Source: Planctomycetota bacterium
Lineage (GTDB): Bacteria > Planctomycetota > SZUA-567 > H5-PLA8
Length of the DNA: 64,000 nucleotides
Assembly (NCBI GenBank): GCA_038227875.1
Contig: JBBRPR010000033.1
Coordinates: 29,580-93,579 of the forward strand
Direction: 5' to 3'
This document shows, in pieces, positions 9,563-19,107 of the stretch. The notes beneath the pieces were generated by a model, which worked only from the letters and a program-made list of their open reading frames with translations, was not told the origin of the DNA and did no database searches. The first letter of the stretch is position 1; each line of letters opens with the position of its first letter. Position numbers and translations under genes: made by a program.

Positions 9563-11038
9563 ATGAACTCCACACCGCACTACGATCTCGGCACACCCTG
9601 TTGGCGCGAGATCTGGGTGGATCCTGTTTCGGGCGATGATTCCGCCGACGGCACGGTCCGCGATTGCGCGCTGCGCACGATTCAGGCCGCGTGGAATCGC
9701 GTGCCCGAACGGACCGCACCTGGTGACGAGGGCTTTCGCATCCAGTTGTGTCCAGGCGCGTACGCGGTCGATGCGGATGGACATCTCAATTTGAACGGCC
9801 GCTACGCCTGCGCGGCTGCGCCGATTTTGTTTCAGCCGGCAGACGGCGCGCAGTCGGTGAAACTGCCGCCGATCGACATGGATCATTGCAGCTATGTTTA
9901 TCTGCAGGATCTGACCTTCTTATCGCCGACGCTGCCGATTCAAAGCAGCTACGACAACGTGATCCACTTCGCCGATTGTGATCATATTCTTTTGCGGCGC
10001 GTGGTTGGGGTGGGCGAGGACGCGCCGGCGTTGCCGCGGATCGTGCTGAAGGCCAATCAGTGCACGCATCTGTACATTGAAGACTGCGAATTTTCCGGCG
10101 CGACGGCGTACGTGTTTGCGTACGTCGCTGTGTTTTACGGCCATATTGTGCGAAGCCGCTTCCGCCGCTCGAACTTCGCGGGGTTGTGCGTGAAAGGCGG
10201 TTCAGCCTATCACCTCATTGCCGCGAATGAGGTCGATGATTGCCGTATCGTCGGCATTGAAGCGGGCGAAGGCACCGGTTTTCCGTACCTGGTGCCGCCG
10301 TGGCTTCACTACGAAGCGTACGAGATCAAGATGGTCAACAATGTCGTGCGCGACTGCGGCAGCGGATGCTGCGTGGGCGGCGGCTACAACATCGTGATTG
10401 CGTTCAACACCTGTGTGCGCGTCGGTTCAAACCGCGACGCGATGCTGGTGACGCTGGGCGCGCATGTCTGGGTCAAAGAAGCTGCGGAGGTCTGTGAGCG
10501 CTACTACAAACTGGGCGGCTGGTGTCCGCCAGACGGTGAAACGTTCATTCCCAACCGCAACATTCAGATCTGCAACAACGTGGTCTTCAATCCCGACGGC
10601 TTCGAATCGAAATTCGCGCATTTTGGGATTTCCGGTCCCATGCCCTCGAAGCCGCTGAGCAATGTGCCCGATCCCATCGGCGTGACGGAGATTCGGATCG
10701 AGGGCAATGTGATCTGGAATGGCGGACCGGATAAGCCGGTCCTTGATGATGTGGAGAACGAGTGGGGCCTGGCCGCCAAATCGATTCTTAAGGTGGAAGA
10801 TCTGCGCCCGGTCAATCACTTCAACACGCTGCGACCGGAATTTCGCGGGGCGGAGCAGGGCGATTTTCGTCCGCTGCCAGGCGGCAAGCTCAGCGCGGTC
10901 AAGCCGGTGAGCCTGCTGCCGTTCTCCAGTGACGATCCGCGCCGGCCACCCGTTCCAGCCGGCGATCCCGATAATTCTGTTCCGACGGACAAAGAAGGCA
11001 AAGACCGGAGCGCCGGAACAATCGGCGCGTTCGCGTAG
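9563..11038 (+). CDS. Right-handed parallel beta-helix (pectin-lyase-like) protein
   Basis: WVDPVSGDD.ADG....LRTIQAA N-terminal motif; repeated N-stack motifs; C-terminal D..G..R...IGA. Confidence 0.8.
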   Translation: MNSTPHYDLGTPCWREIWVDPVSGDDSADGTVRDCALRTIQAAWNRVPERTAPGDEGFRIQLCPGAYAVDADGHLNLNGRYACAAAPILFQPADGAQSVKLPPIDMDHCSYVYLQDLTFLSPTLPIQSSYDNVIHFADCDHILLRRVVGVGEDAPALPRIVLKANQCTHLYIEDCEFSGATAYVFAYVAVFYGHIVRSRFRRSNFAGLCVKGGSAYHLIAANEVDDCRIVGIEAGEGTGFPYLVPPWLHYEAYEIKMVNNVVRDCGSGCCVGGGYNIVIAFNTCVRVGSNRDAMLVTLGAHVWVKEAAEVCERYYKLGGWCPPDGETFIPNRNIQICNNVVFNPDGFESKFAHFGISGPMPSKPLSNVPDPIGVTEIRIEGNVIWNGGPDKPVLDDVENEWGLAAKSILKVEDLRPVNHFNTLRPEFRGAEQGDFRPLPGGKLSAVKPVSLLPFSSDDPRRPPVPAGDPDNSVPTDKEGKDRSAGTIGAFA

Positions 11039-11048
11039 CGACCGATTT

Positions 11049-13814
11049 TTATTGCTGCGTCTTCTGCGCGAGAAGTTTCTGCGCGGCCGCGCGCCATTCG
11101 CGGGTGCGCGCGATGGCCTGTTTCATGTCAACGATGCCGCCGATTTCGTAGGCTTCATTGATCAGGTTTGTGGCCGCGCGGCCTTGCTCGGCCGGCGCGG
11201 TGGCGACGAACTGGTCCAGCGCGCGTGCGTAGCGGAAATCGTCGATGCCTTCGCGGATGCGCTCCCAGCGCGCGGTGGTGACAAACGTGCCATCGCGGCG
11301 CGGCGGGGCCATCATGCGATCGTCTTCGCGGCCGTCGAGATCGTAGTAGATGTCGATGTGATTGCCCGTGTACGCGTAGGTGATGCAGCCGTCGGTCGCG
11401 CGTTCGTGCATCGCGCGCCATTCGCGCAGACCGTACGCGGCGCGGTTCTCGCCGACGTTGCAATTCAACAGGAACTTGCCGGCGGCTTTCGCTTTCTTGA
11501 AGTCGTCGACTTTGCAGAACGCTTTGAAATCCTGAACGTCGAGCGTCTTGAGCAGCTCATAACTTTCGGGCGATTCGACGTGGTAGGCGATGCCCATCCA
11601 CGCATCGGGCGCGGCGGCGTGGACGGCCTTGTTGATGGCGGTGAGCTTGTTGAGCGTCTCGGGAACATTGGGTTCGTCGCCGTAGCAGAAGAAGGGTTTG
11701 GGCCAGCCGTGGGCCTGGTAGGCGCGGGTCAGTTCGGCGTGCCAGCCTTCGATGAATTTCTCGCGCGGCAGGCCGTTAACAGGTGCACCGGAAGCGAGTT
11801 GATCGAGCGTGCAGCCGCTGGGCGCGTAGACCGGTCCCATTTCGAAGCCGAGTTTCTTGCGCAGCGCGATCTCCGCATCGATGGCGTCGGCATTCTTGAT
11901 CACTGCTTTGCCGTCCTTCAGGCTCGCATCGACGCTCAGTTCGCGGATGAAATTGATACCGTGTGCGCGCAGATCCTTGTACAGCGCTTGAATCTGCCGC
12001 GGCCGATCGGCTTTCATCTCCGGAAAGTACGCGGGCGGCATCAGCTCGATGCCGTAGAGGCTGAACAGGTGGCCGGGTGCTGGCAGCGTGACCGGCAGCA
12101 CGTTAATCGTGAAGGGGACGGCGCGCTCGCCGCCTTTTTCGCCTTTGACCGCGATCGTTCCGCTGTACGTTCCGGCGGCAGTGCCGTCGGGCACGGTGAC
12201 GTTGATCCAGAAGCGACGGGCCATGCCGTTGTCGACGCGCAAGACGTCGGCCTCGGTGCGATTGAACGGACGCAGCTCGCGCTCCGTCACTGCGTAGAGT
12301 CCCGTTTGTGCGCCGTGATAGCGGGAGAATCGGTAGCGCCCGACCCAAACCGCGACATTTTCGGCGGCGAGTTCCGCACCGGCGGCGCTTTTCAGCGCGG
12401 AGACTTTGACGTCGACCTTGCCCAGCGGCTTGGCCGGTCGCAGGCCGAAGCAGATGGGCGTGGTTTCGCCCGCGCACGCAGTCAGCTCGAGCTTCGCAAT
12501 CAATTCGGCGTCAACGGGCGTGTGATCGTACGGGTATTCGATGTACGTGGATTCGGCAGAGTCATCGCTGGAAACGGTGTAGAGCGCAAAGCCATCGCGG
12601 GAGGCTTCTGTCGCGGCCGCGCCGGCGAATTTCGCTTCGGTCGCGGGCTTGGAGACGGGCTTCCAGCGCTGCGACCAATCGAAGCGGCGCAGTTCCTTGA
12701 CGTAGCTGAGGAACTGCTTGCCCGCGTCCGCCTGTTCGACGGGGTAGATCACCACGGCCGAAAGTGTGTTGCCGTACGTGTCCTGCGATTTGAAGGCGAG
12801 ATTGAGCTGGCCGTCGGCGACATCGACATCGAACGTGTGCCAAGGGAATCGCGGCTCGACGTACTTATCGAACGGATCTTCGCCGGGTGCGTCCTCGGCG
12901 TCCTGGTTCAAAAAGTAGCGGCGGGTGAATTCAGCGCCGTCCATCTTCTCACTGATCACGTCCTTGCCTTCCGCGAGCACATGGCGTTCGTGGTAGTTCT
13001 GCATGAATTCCCAGTAGCCGGGGTCTTCGAGCTGCAGATGGACGCGGTACTTTCCATTGGGCAGATCGACGGCCAGTTCCGCGTCGCAGGCGGAAATGTA
13101 CGAGCGGAAGAGATTGTCGGGATGGAGGCGATCGTCCATGCGGCCGAACTGCGACTTGAGCCAACCGAAGCCCTTGTCCTTCGCGTACTGATCTTTATCT
13201 GACACTTTGGTGAAGCCGGGAAAGCCGGGGCTCTTGGCCGGACCGAATTTGAATGCTTTCAGTCCGGGCACGATGACTTTCGGTACTTGGAATGCTTCGA
13301 GCCGGACGTGGTCGAGGAAGGCCTCGTGGTCGGCGATGATGGTCAGCACGGTGATGTTCTTGGGATTGAGATCGCCGGGGATGTCGTTGCGCAGCACTTC
13401 GCCGCGCCAGAGATCGCTGACGGGAATCTGAATCGTGTTGGCTCCCGGAGCGAGCGCGATGTAGCGGTTGTGCCAGGTCCAGTAGCCCTTATCGAGCGGA
13501 TCGCGGATCTGGACGGTGACCTGTGCGTTGTCGGTGCCGGCGTTAAAGCATTCGAATTTCAAAACATCGTACTTCGACCAGTCGGTGGGCATGCCGCTCT
13601 GTGGCGTGGCGCGGACCCACTGGCCGGCCTTGAGCTTCAGCGCTTTCTGGCCATGGGCGGCGTGTTCGGCGACGACCTCCGTCGCCGGACCTTCGGAGCG
13701 TTCGAACGGAGCCGCGCCGTCCTCGAAGTCCGCGATGATCAGCGGCGCTTCCGCGGCGTGGAGTGTGAACGTGGCAAGCAGCAGGGCCAGCAGCGAGAAA
13801 CGGGGCAGATTCAT
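11049..13814 (-). CDS. Secreted carbohydrate-active-like protein (CBM-like N-terminus, glycoside-hydrolase-like barrel, DUF4091-like C-terminus)
   Basis: Signal peptide; IADFEDG, DWSKYD.L.F motifs; YGDEP; RWERIREGIDDFRY C-terminal motif. Confidence 0.7.
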   Translation of the reverse strand: MNLPRFSLLALLLATFTLHAAEAPLIIADFEDGAAPFERSEGPATEVVAEHAAHGQKALKLKAGQWVRATPQSGMPTDWSKYDVLKFECFNAGTDNAQVTVQIRDPLDKGYWTWHNRYIALAPGANTIQIPVSDLWRGEVLRNDIPGDLNPKNITVLTIIADHEAFLDHVRLEAFQVPKVIVPGLKAFKFGPAKSPGFPGFTKVSDKDQYAKDKGFGWLKSQFGRMDDRLHPDNLFRSYISACDAELAVDLPNGKYRVHLQLEDPGYWEFMQNYHERHVLAEGKDVISEKMDGAEFTRRYFLNQDAEDAPGEDPFDKYVEPRFPWHTFDVDVADGQLNLAFKSQDTYGNTLSAVVIYPVEQADAGKQFLSYVKELRRFDWSQRWKPVSKPATEAKFAGAAATEASRDGFALYTVSSDDSAESTYIEYPYDHTPVDAELIAKLELTACAGETTPICFGLRPAKPLGKVDVKVSALKSAAGAELAAENVAVWVGRYRFSRYHGAQTGLYAVTERELRPFNRTEADVLRVDNGMARRFWINVTVPDGTAAGTYSGTIAVKGEKGGERAVPFTINVLPVTLPAPGHLFSLYGIELMPPAYFPEMKADRPRQIQALYKDLRAHGINFIRELSVDASLKDGKAVIKNADAIDAEIALRKKLGFEMGPVYAPSGCTLDQLASGAPVNGLPREKFIEGWHAELTRAYQAHGWPKPFFCYGDEPNVPETLNKLTAINKAVHAAAPDAWMGIAYHVESPESYELLKTLDVQDFKAFCKVDDFKKAKAAGKFLLNCNVGENRAAYGLREWRAMHERATDGCITYAYTGNHIDIYYDLDGREDDRMMAPPRRDGTFVTTARWERIREGIDDFRYARALDQFVATAPAEQGRAATNLINEAYEIGGIVDMKQAIARTREWRAAAQKLLAQKTQQ

Positions 13815-13832
13815 GTACGGTCCTCCCTAATT

Positions 13833-14936
13833 TTAGTGTTCGCGCGGCAGATCGGTGCTGGCGCGGGCTACAAATTCAGTCGGAAAGAGCAGTTCAACCG
13901 GCGGCGCGTCGGGATGATCGAGGCGCGCGCGCAAGACGGCGGCGGCCTTGCGGCCGATTTCCTCCACGGGAATGCGGACGGACGTGAGCGCCGGCTGGCT
14001 GAAGTAACCCAGGTCGCCGAAGCCCGCGATGCTGACATCGTGCGGTACCCGCAGGCCCTGATCCTTGACGGCGTTGATTGCGCCGATGGCCGTCTCGTCG
14101 GTCGCGCAGAAAATCGCGGTTGGCGGTTGCGGTTCGCGCAATATGCGCCGCACCGCGGCGTACGCTGCCGAACCATTGCAATCCGCACGCACGATCGATT
14201 CTGGTGATGCGGCGATGCCGCGACTGGCCAACGCGCGCGTAAAACCGGCTTCGCGTTCCAGCGCCGCGGGAGTGGGGCCGAAGCTGAGCATGGTGATGCG
14301 GCGATGTCCGAGTTCGAGCAGATGCAGTGTGGACTGGAAGGCACCGTCTTCGCTGGAGTGCGTGATGTGGTCGAGCGGCTTTGCGCCAGGCGGCTGCGTG
14401 CTGTCGACGAGGACGACCGGCAACCCCTGGCCGGTGAGCGCGAGCAGAATTTCCGGATCGACGATGCCAAGGATCATCAGCGCATCGAGCTTGGCCTCGC
14501 GAACCAGTGATGCGGCGAATTCGGGGTAGGGCGGGGTGACTCGGCGGTGGACCAGCGAGAGCCGCTGCTCGAAGGTGACGGACTGAAAGCCTTCGAGGAT
14601 GCGGTAGTAGAAGAAACTCTGGCGCAGCTCCGTGGCTCCCAACGGCGAGACCACGCCGACCTGCGCGATGCTGGACTGCGCTGGCGTTTTTGCGGTGGGA
14701 CGCTTTTGAGCGACGAACGTGCCGCGTCCGCGGACGCGGTAGAGCAGGCCGTCGTCGGTGAGCGTCATGATCGCGCGGCGCACCGTCATGCGGCTGAGCT
14801 TGAGGCGCTTGGCGAGCACGCGTTCGTCGGGAATCTGCGCGTTCTCGGTGATGCGCCCAGCGGCAATTTCGGCGCGCAGCCAGTCTTCGATCTGGCGGTA
14901 GAAGGGGAGGTGGCTGGTTTTGTTGAGCTCTATCAT
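13833..14936 (-). CDS. GntR-HTH/LacI-type sugar-binding domain transcriptional regulator
   Basis: YRQIEDWLR..IP.ER.LA..L.LSRMTVRRA..L..G.LYRVRGRGTFV followed by PTAIFC..D..A, VPHDVSIAGFGD, LTSVR.P. Confidence 0.9.
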   Translation of the reverse strand: MIELNKTSHLPFYRQIEDWLRAEIAAGRITENAQIPDERVLAKRLKLSRMTVRRAIMTLTDDGLLYRVRGRGTFVAQKRPTAKTPAQSSIAQVGVVSPLGATELRQSFFYYRILEGFQSVTFEQRLSLVHRRVTPPYPEFAASLVREAKLDALMILGIVDPEILLALTGQGLPVVLVDSTQPPGAKPLDHITHSSEDGAFQSTLHLLELGHRRITMLSFGPTPAALEREAGFTRALASRGIAASPESIVRADCNGSAAYAAVRRILREPQPPTAIFCATDETAIGAINAVKDQGLRVPHDVSIAGFGDLGYFSQPALTSVRIPVEEIGRKAAAVLRARLDHPDAPPVELLFPTEFVARASTDLPREH

Positions 14937-15038
14937 CACACTCAAGTACACCGCAGGTATAGTCTATGTATACTCTAAATTAAAATATCTCACCGGAGTC
15001 ATAAGTATATTTAATTATTAATAGATGTGAATTTAGGA

Positions 15039-15557
15039 TTAGTTGCCGGACGCGTCGAGGCCGAAGATCTTAGCCCACTCTTCGACTTCGCGGGCGGAGA
15101 GGCCGTTGTACTTGCGCGGGTCTTCTCCCTTTAAGGGGTCTTCGGCGCGGTGGGCGCTGGCGCGGAGCTTCCGCAAGAACGATGCGCAACTGAGCGTGTG
15201 GCCGCCGGCTTTCTGGACGTGGCGGATGATGAACTTGTCGTTGCTGACGACCGTGAATTCGCCGGGGCGCGACGCATCTTCGACCATCTCGATGATGTAA
15301 TTGTCCGCGTCGGTGCGCGGGTCGGCGTAGATCAGCACGACTTTGCCGGCGGCTTCGCGCTGGCGGCGGGGGCGGTGCGCGCCCTTTTCGGAGCCATCGA
15401 AGACGGCGGTGACTTCTTCCAGATCTTCGTTGTGCGCGAACGTGGAGAGCATGCGGACGAGCATAGATCGGGCCGATTGAAATCCATGCCGCTCCAGAGT
15501 TTCTTCCAGAGGGTTGTGCATGAAGATCAGGTTGCAGGCATCGACCACGTATTTCAT
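15039..15557 (-). CDS. NYN/YacP-like PIN-fold ribonuclease domain protein
   Basis: [23 protein letters not shown] acidic tetrad. Confidence 0.8.
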   Translation of the reverse strand: MKYVVDACNLIFMHNPLEETLERHGFQSARSMLVRMLSTFAHNEDLEEVTAVFDGSEKGAHRPRRQREAAGKVVLIYADPRTDADNYIIEMVEDASRPGEFTVVSNDKFIIRHVQKAGGHTLSCASFLRKLRASAHRAEDPLKGEDPRKYNGLSAREVEEWAKIFGLDASGN

Positions 15558-15658
15558 GGCCGCAGTTTAGCGGCGGGAAGGCGTATTGCTGGCGAAAAAT
15601 GTTCACTTCTGTAGAGTACACTCTTTGCAACCACTCCAAACGCGAGGCACATTTTTCA

Positions 15659-16384
15659 ATGGCGCAGCTCGGTGTAAATATTGACCACGTGGCGACGGTG
15701 CGGCAGGCGCGGCGGACGTACGAACCGGATCCTGTGTGGGCGGCGGCGGAAGCGGAACTCGGCGGCGCGGACCAGATCACCGTTCATCTGCGTGAAGACC
15801 GCCGGCATATTCAGGAACGCGATGTCGAAGTGCTGCTGAAGACCGTGCAGACTCGCGTGAATCTGGAGATGGCCGTGGCGTCGGATGTGACGCGGCTGGC
15901 GCTGAAGTGGAAGCCGCACTGCGCGTGCCTGGTTCCCGAGAAGCGGGAGGAAGTGACGACCGAAGGCGGGCTCGACGTCGCCGGGTCGCTCAAGCGTGTA
16001 AAAGAAACCGTGAAGCGCCTATCTGGCGCGGGGATCATCGTCAGCTTATTTATCGACCCGGATCGGCTGCAGATCGAAGCGGCCGCGAAAACCGGCGCGC
16101 CATTCATCGAGATGCACACGGGTTCCTACGCCGAAGCGCGCGGCGACGATGCGATTCAGTCGGAGCTGTGCAAGCTGGTCGACGGTGCGCGCGTGGCGCA
16201 CAATCTGGGCATTCGCGTCAACGCGGGCCATGGTTTGAACTATCGCAACACGAAGGCTGTCGCGGAAATTTCGGGCATGGAAGAATTGAACATCGGCCAC
16301 GCGATTGTGGCGCGGTCGATTTTTGTCGGTTTCCGCGAGGCCGTCCGGGAAATGAAGCGGATTGTGACGTCGGGCGCATCTTAA
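15659..16384 (+). CDS. pdxJ: Pyridoxine 5'-phosphate synthase
   Basis: [57 protein letters not shown]. Confidence 0.97.
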   Translation: MAQLGVNIDHVATVRQARRTYEPDPVWAAAEAELGGADQITVHLREDRRHIQERDVEVLLKTVQTRVNLEMAVASDVTRLALKWKPHCACLVPEKREEVTTEGGLDVAGSLKRVKETVKRLSGAGIIVSLFIDPDRLQIEAAAKTGAPFIEMHTGSYAEARGDDAIQSELCKLVDGARVAHNLGIRVNAGHGLNYRNTKAVAEISGMEELNIGHAIVARSIFVGFREAVREMKRIVTSGAS

Positions 16385-16400
16385 AATTCTGGAAACGAAC

Positions 16401-17393
16401 ATGGCCACGATTGAAGCCCAGACCAAACAGTTCTCCGAGAGTCTCGCGACGCTTCGCGCGGAGATCGGGAAGGTCATCGTCGGACAGGAGGCGATTCTAG
16501 AAGGCGTGGTGACGGCGATTCTCGCCGGGGGCCACGTGTTGCTGGAAGGACTTCCCGGCCTCGGCAAGACGCAGTTAGTCAAGACGCTGGCCGATGCGAT
16601 GGATCTCTCGTTCTCGCGCATCCAGTGCACGCCGGATTTAATGCCGGCCGACATTCTCGGCACGACGATTCTCAGTGAAGACGAGAACGGGAAGCGCCGC
16701 TTTGAATTCCAGCACGGACCGATTTTCGGCAACATCGTGCTGGTGGACGAAATCAATCGCGCGACACCCAAGACGCAGTCGGCGCTGCTCCAGGCGATGC
16801 AGGAAGCGGCGGTGACGTCCGGGTCGACGACGTATCCGCTGCAACAACCGTTTTTTCTGCTCGCGACGCAGAATCCGATCGAGCTGGAAGGCACCTACCC
16901 GCTGCCGGAAGCGCAGTTGGATCGCTTCATGTTGAAGCTGCTGGTGCCGCAGAACAATCTCGAAGCGCTGGTCAAAATTCTCGAACGGACCACGGCGGGC
17001 GCGCCCACGCGCGCGGCGAAGGTGCTTTCGCGCGAGGACCTGCTCACGGCGCGGACGCTGGCGTCGAGCGTTCCGGCGGCGACGGCGGTGCTTAATTACG
17101 CGGCCCGCGTGGTACTGGCAACGCATCCGGATCTGGCCGGCGCGCCGCGGAGCGTGAAGTCGTACGTGAAGTACGGCTCGTCCCCGCGCGGAGCTCAGGC
17201 GATCGTGCTCTGCGCGAAAGTGCGCGCGCTTTCCAGCGGCCGCTTCAATGTGGCGATGAGCGATATTACGTGGGCGGCGCGGCCGGCGCTGCGCCACCGC
17301 CTGATTTTGAATTTCGAAGGCGAAGCGGCGGGCATTCGCAGCGACGCGATCATTGACGAGATCCTGTCGTCGGTGAAAGAAGAGGGCCCGTGA
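16401..17393 (+). CDS. moxR: MoxR family AAA+ ATPase
   Basis: GHVLLEGLPGLGKT, RIQCTPDLMPAD, LVDEINRATPKTQSALL, ATQNPIE.EGTYPLPEAQLDRF. Confidence 0.95.
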   Translation: MATIEAQTKQFSESLATLRAEIGKVIVGQEAILEGVVTAILAGGHVLLEGLPGLGKTQLVKTLADAMDLSFSRIQCTPDLMPADILGTTILSEDENGKRRFEFQHGPIFGNIVLVDEINRATPKTQSALLQAMQEAAVTSGSTTYPLQQPFFLLATQNPIELEGTYPLPEAQLDRFMLKLLVPQNNLEALVKILERTTAGAPTRAAKVLSREDLLTARTLASSVPAATAVLNYAARVVLATHPDLAGAPRSVKSYVKYGSSPRGAQAIVLCAKVRALSSGRFNVAMSDITWAARPALRHRLILNFEGEAAGIRSDAIIDEILSSVKEEGP

Positions 17394-17965
17394 GTTCCGC
17401 TCCGAAGAAGAAGACGGCGCGCACGATCAAGCCGTTGATCGGGCGCACGCGCATCCAGAGCCGGCTGCGCCAGATGGCGCGCGAGATCTGCCGCGTGGTC
17501 AAACCCAAAGAGCGGCCGCTGGCGGTGATCGTGCTGCAGGGCGCGTTTATTTTCGGCGCGGATCTCGTGCGCTTGTTTCCGGAAGAGTACCCGCTCGACG
17601 TCGCCTTCCTGCGTTGCCAGTCGTACGGCGGCCGGACGTTTTCCAGCGGACATGTGCTCTTGATGCAGGACATCGAGCCGAGCATCGATCTGCGCGGCCG
17701 GACGGTGCTGCTGATCGACGATATTCTCGATTCCGGATTGACGACGCGGTTTCTGATCAATCATCTGAAACAACGCGGCGCGGCGCGCGTGCGGCTGTGC
17801 GTGTTGCTGCATCGCAAGGCCGGCGAACGCGGCGCGAAAGACGATCGGCCGGCGCCGGACTTCGCGGGGTTTCCGGTGGGACCGCACTTCATTGTCGGTT
17901 ATGGGTTAGATTTTGATGGGAAGTACAGGCATTTGCCGGATTTGGTCGCGCTGACGGATAGTTGA
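17390..17965 (+). CDS. hpt: Hypoxanthine phosphoribosyltransferase
   Basis: VLQGAFIFGADL, SYG, VLLIDDILDSGLT PRPP motif, FIVGYGLD..GKYR.LP; GTG start overlaps the moxR stop. Confidence 0.9.
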   Translation: MSSAPKKKTARTIKPLIGRTRIQSRLRQMAREICRVVKPKERPLAVIVLQGAFIFGADLVRLFPEEYPLDVAFLRCQSYGGRTFSSGHVLLMQDIEPSIDLRGRTVLLIDDILDSGLTTRFLINHLKQRGAARVRLCVLLHRKAGERGAKDDRPAPDFAGFPVGPHFIVGYGLDFDGKYRHLPDLVALTDS

Positions 17966-18006
17966 ATATTCAAAATTAGAGATTCAAAAACGTACGCGGT
18001 GGATAT

Positions 18007-18249
18007 GGTGCCACGGATGCGCGGACACTTGAGCGTAGCGAAAGTGTTCGTTCATCCGTGCGTTGCGCTCGTCTTTTTGAAGAGTACGGTTAGCTGGAAT
18101 CTCAATTCCGACCGCTTGCGCGAAATTCGTGAGCGTCAAAGCAAGGAGCAAGCATACGGCCGCTTGCTCCTTGACACCTAAACACGCGCGTAACGCACGG
18201 ATGAATAAGTTTCTTCGCTGCGCTTAGAAACTTATGCATCCGTGGCACC
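18007..18249. repeat. Second copy of the paired structured repeat (unit A + inverted unit B) with a longer spacer containing a 12-bp hairpin
   Basis: Near-identical to 8724..8864 in opposite orientation; lies between the convergent hpt and ppk2 genes. Confidence 0.85.
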
Positions 18250-18252
18250 CGA

Positions 18253-19059
18253 TTACTTCAGGTCTTTCAGTACGTCTGAATCGAACTTCGCTTTCGGCAT
18301 TTTCAGATCGAGTTTTTCAAGCGTCTGGACCAGGGCGTTGGCGACGACGTAGTTGCGGTACCACTTCTTGTTGGCGGGGACGACGTACCAGGGCGCCCAG
18401 GGCGTGCTGCATTTCTGGATCGCGTCTTCGTAGGCTTCCTGGTAGTCGCTCCAGAATTTGCGCTCCTTCAAATCCGCGTCGGTGAATTTCCAACGCTTCT
18501 CCGGATCTTCGATGCGGAATTTAATGCGCTCGAGCTGCTCGTCCTTGCTGATGTTCAGAAAGAATTTGACGATGACGGTGCCTTCGTTGGCGAGGCGCTC
18601 TTCGAAATTGTTAATGGCCTCGTAGCGTTTCTTCCAGACGGACTTTTCCACCAGATCGTGGACGCGGACGACGAGCACGTCCTCATAATGGGAGCGATTG
18701 AAGATGCCGACGGTGCCGCGTTCGGGGAGGGCCTTGCTGATGCGCCAGAGAAAATCGTGGCTCAGGTCTTCCTCGTTGGGCTTTTTGAAGCTGGTGACGC
18801 GGCAGCCCTGCGGATTGACGCCGGAGAAGACGTGCTTGATTGTGCCGTCCTTGCCGCCGGTGTCCATGGCCTGCAGGACGACGAGCATGGAGAAGCGTTT
18901 GTCGACGTAGAGCTTCTCGTGGAGCAGGCGAAGCTTCTCGATGTCGGACTTGAGCTTTGCTTCAGCCTCTTCCCGCGACGTGAATTTTCCCGTGTCGCCG
19001 GGATCGGTCTGGGAAAGTTTAAACTTCGATCCGTCTTCGATGCGATGGCGTTGGCTCAT
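18253..19059 (-). CDS. ppk2: Polyphosphate kinase 2 family protein
   Basis: LQAMDTGGKDGTIK Walker A, SFKKP..E.L.HDFLWR, IFNRSHYEDVL, APWYVVPANKKWYR. Confidence 0.95.
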   Translation of the reverse strand: MSQRHRIEDGSKFKLSQTDPGDTGKFTSREEAEAKLKSDIEKLRLLHEKLYVDKRFSMLVVLQAMDTGGKDGTIKHVFSGVNPQGCRVTSFKKPNEEDLSHDFLWRISKALPERGTVGIFNRSHYEDVLVVRVHDLVEKSVWKKRYEAINNFEERLANEGTVIVKFFLNISKDEQLERIKFRIEDPEKRWKFTDADLKERKFWSDYQEAYEDAIQKCSTPWAPWYVVPANKKWYRNYVVANALVQTLEKLDLKMPKAKFDSDVLKDLK

Positions 19060-19107
19060 ACGGGAATTATACCTCGTCCCGCGCGCGTGCCTACGCGGAA
19101 ATTCTGG

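Noticed and set aside
8724..18249. CRISPR array or integron attC sites
   Set aside because: The units occur as isolated inverted pairs rather than direct repeats with unique spacers. There are no cas or intI genes and no RYYYAAC/GTTRRRY ends.
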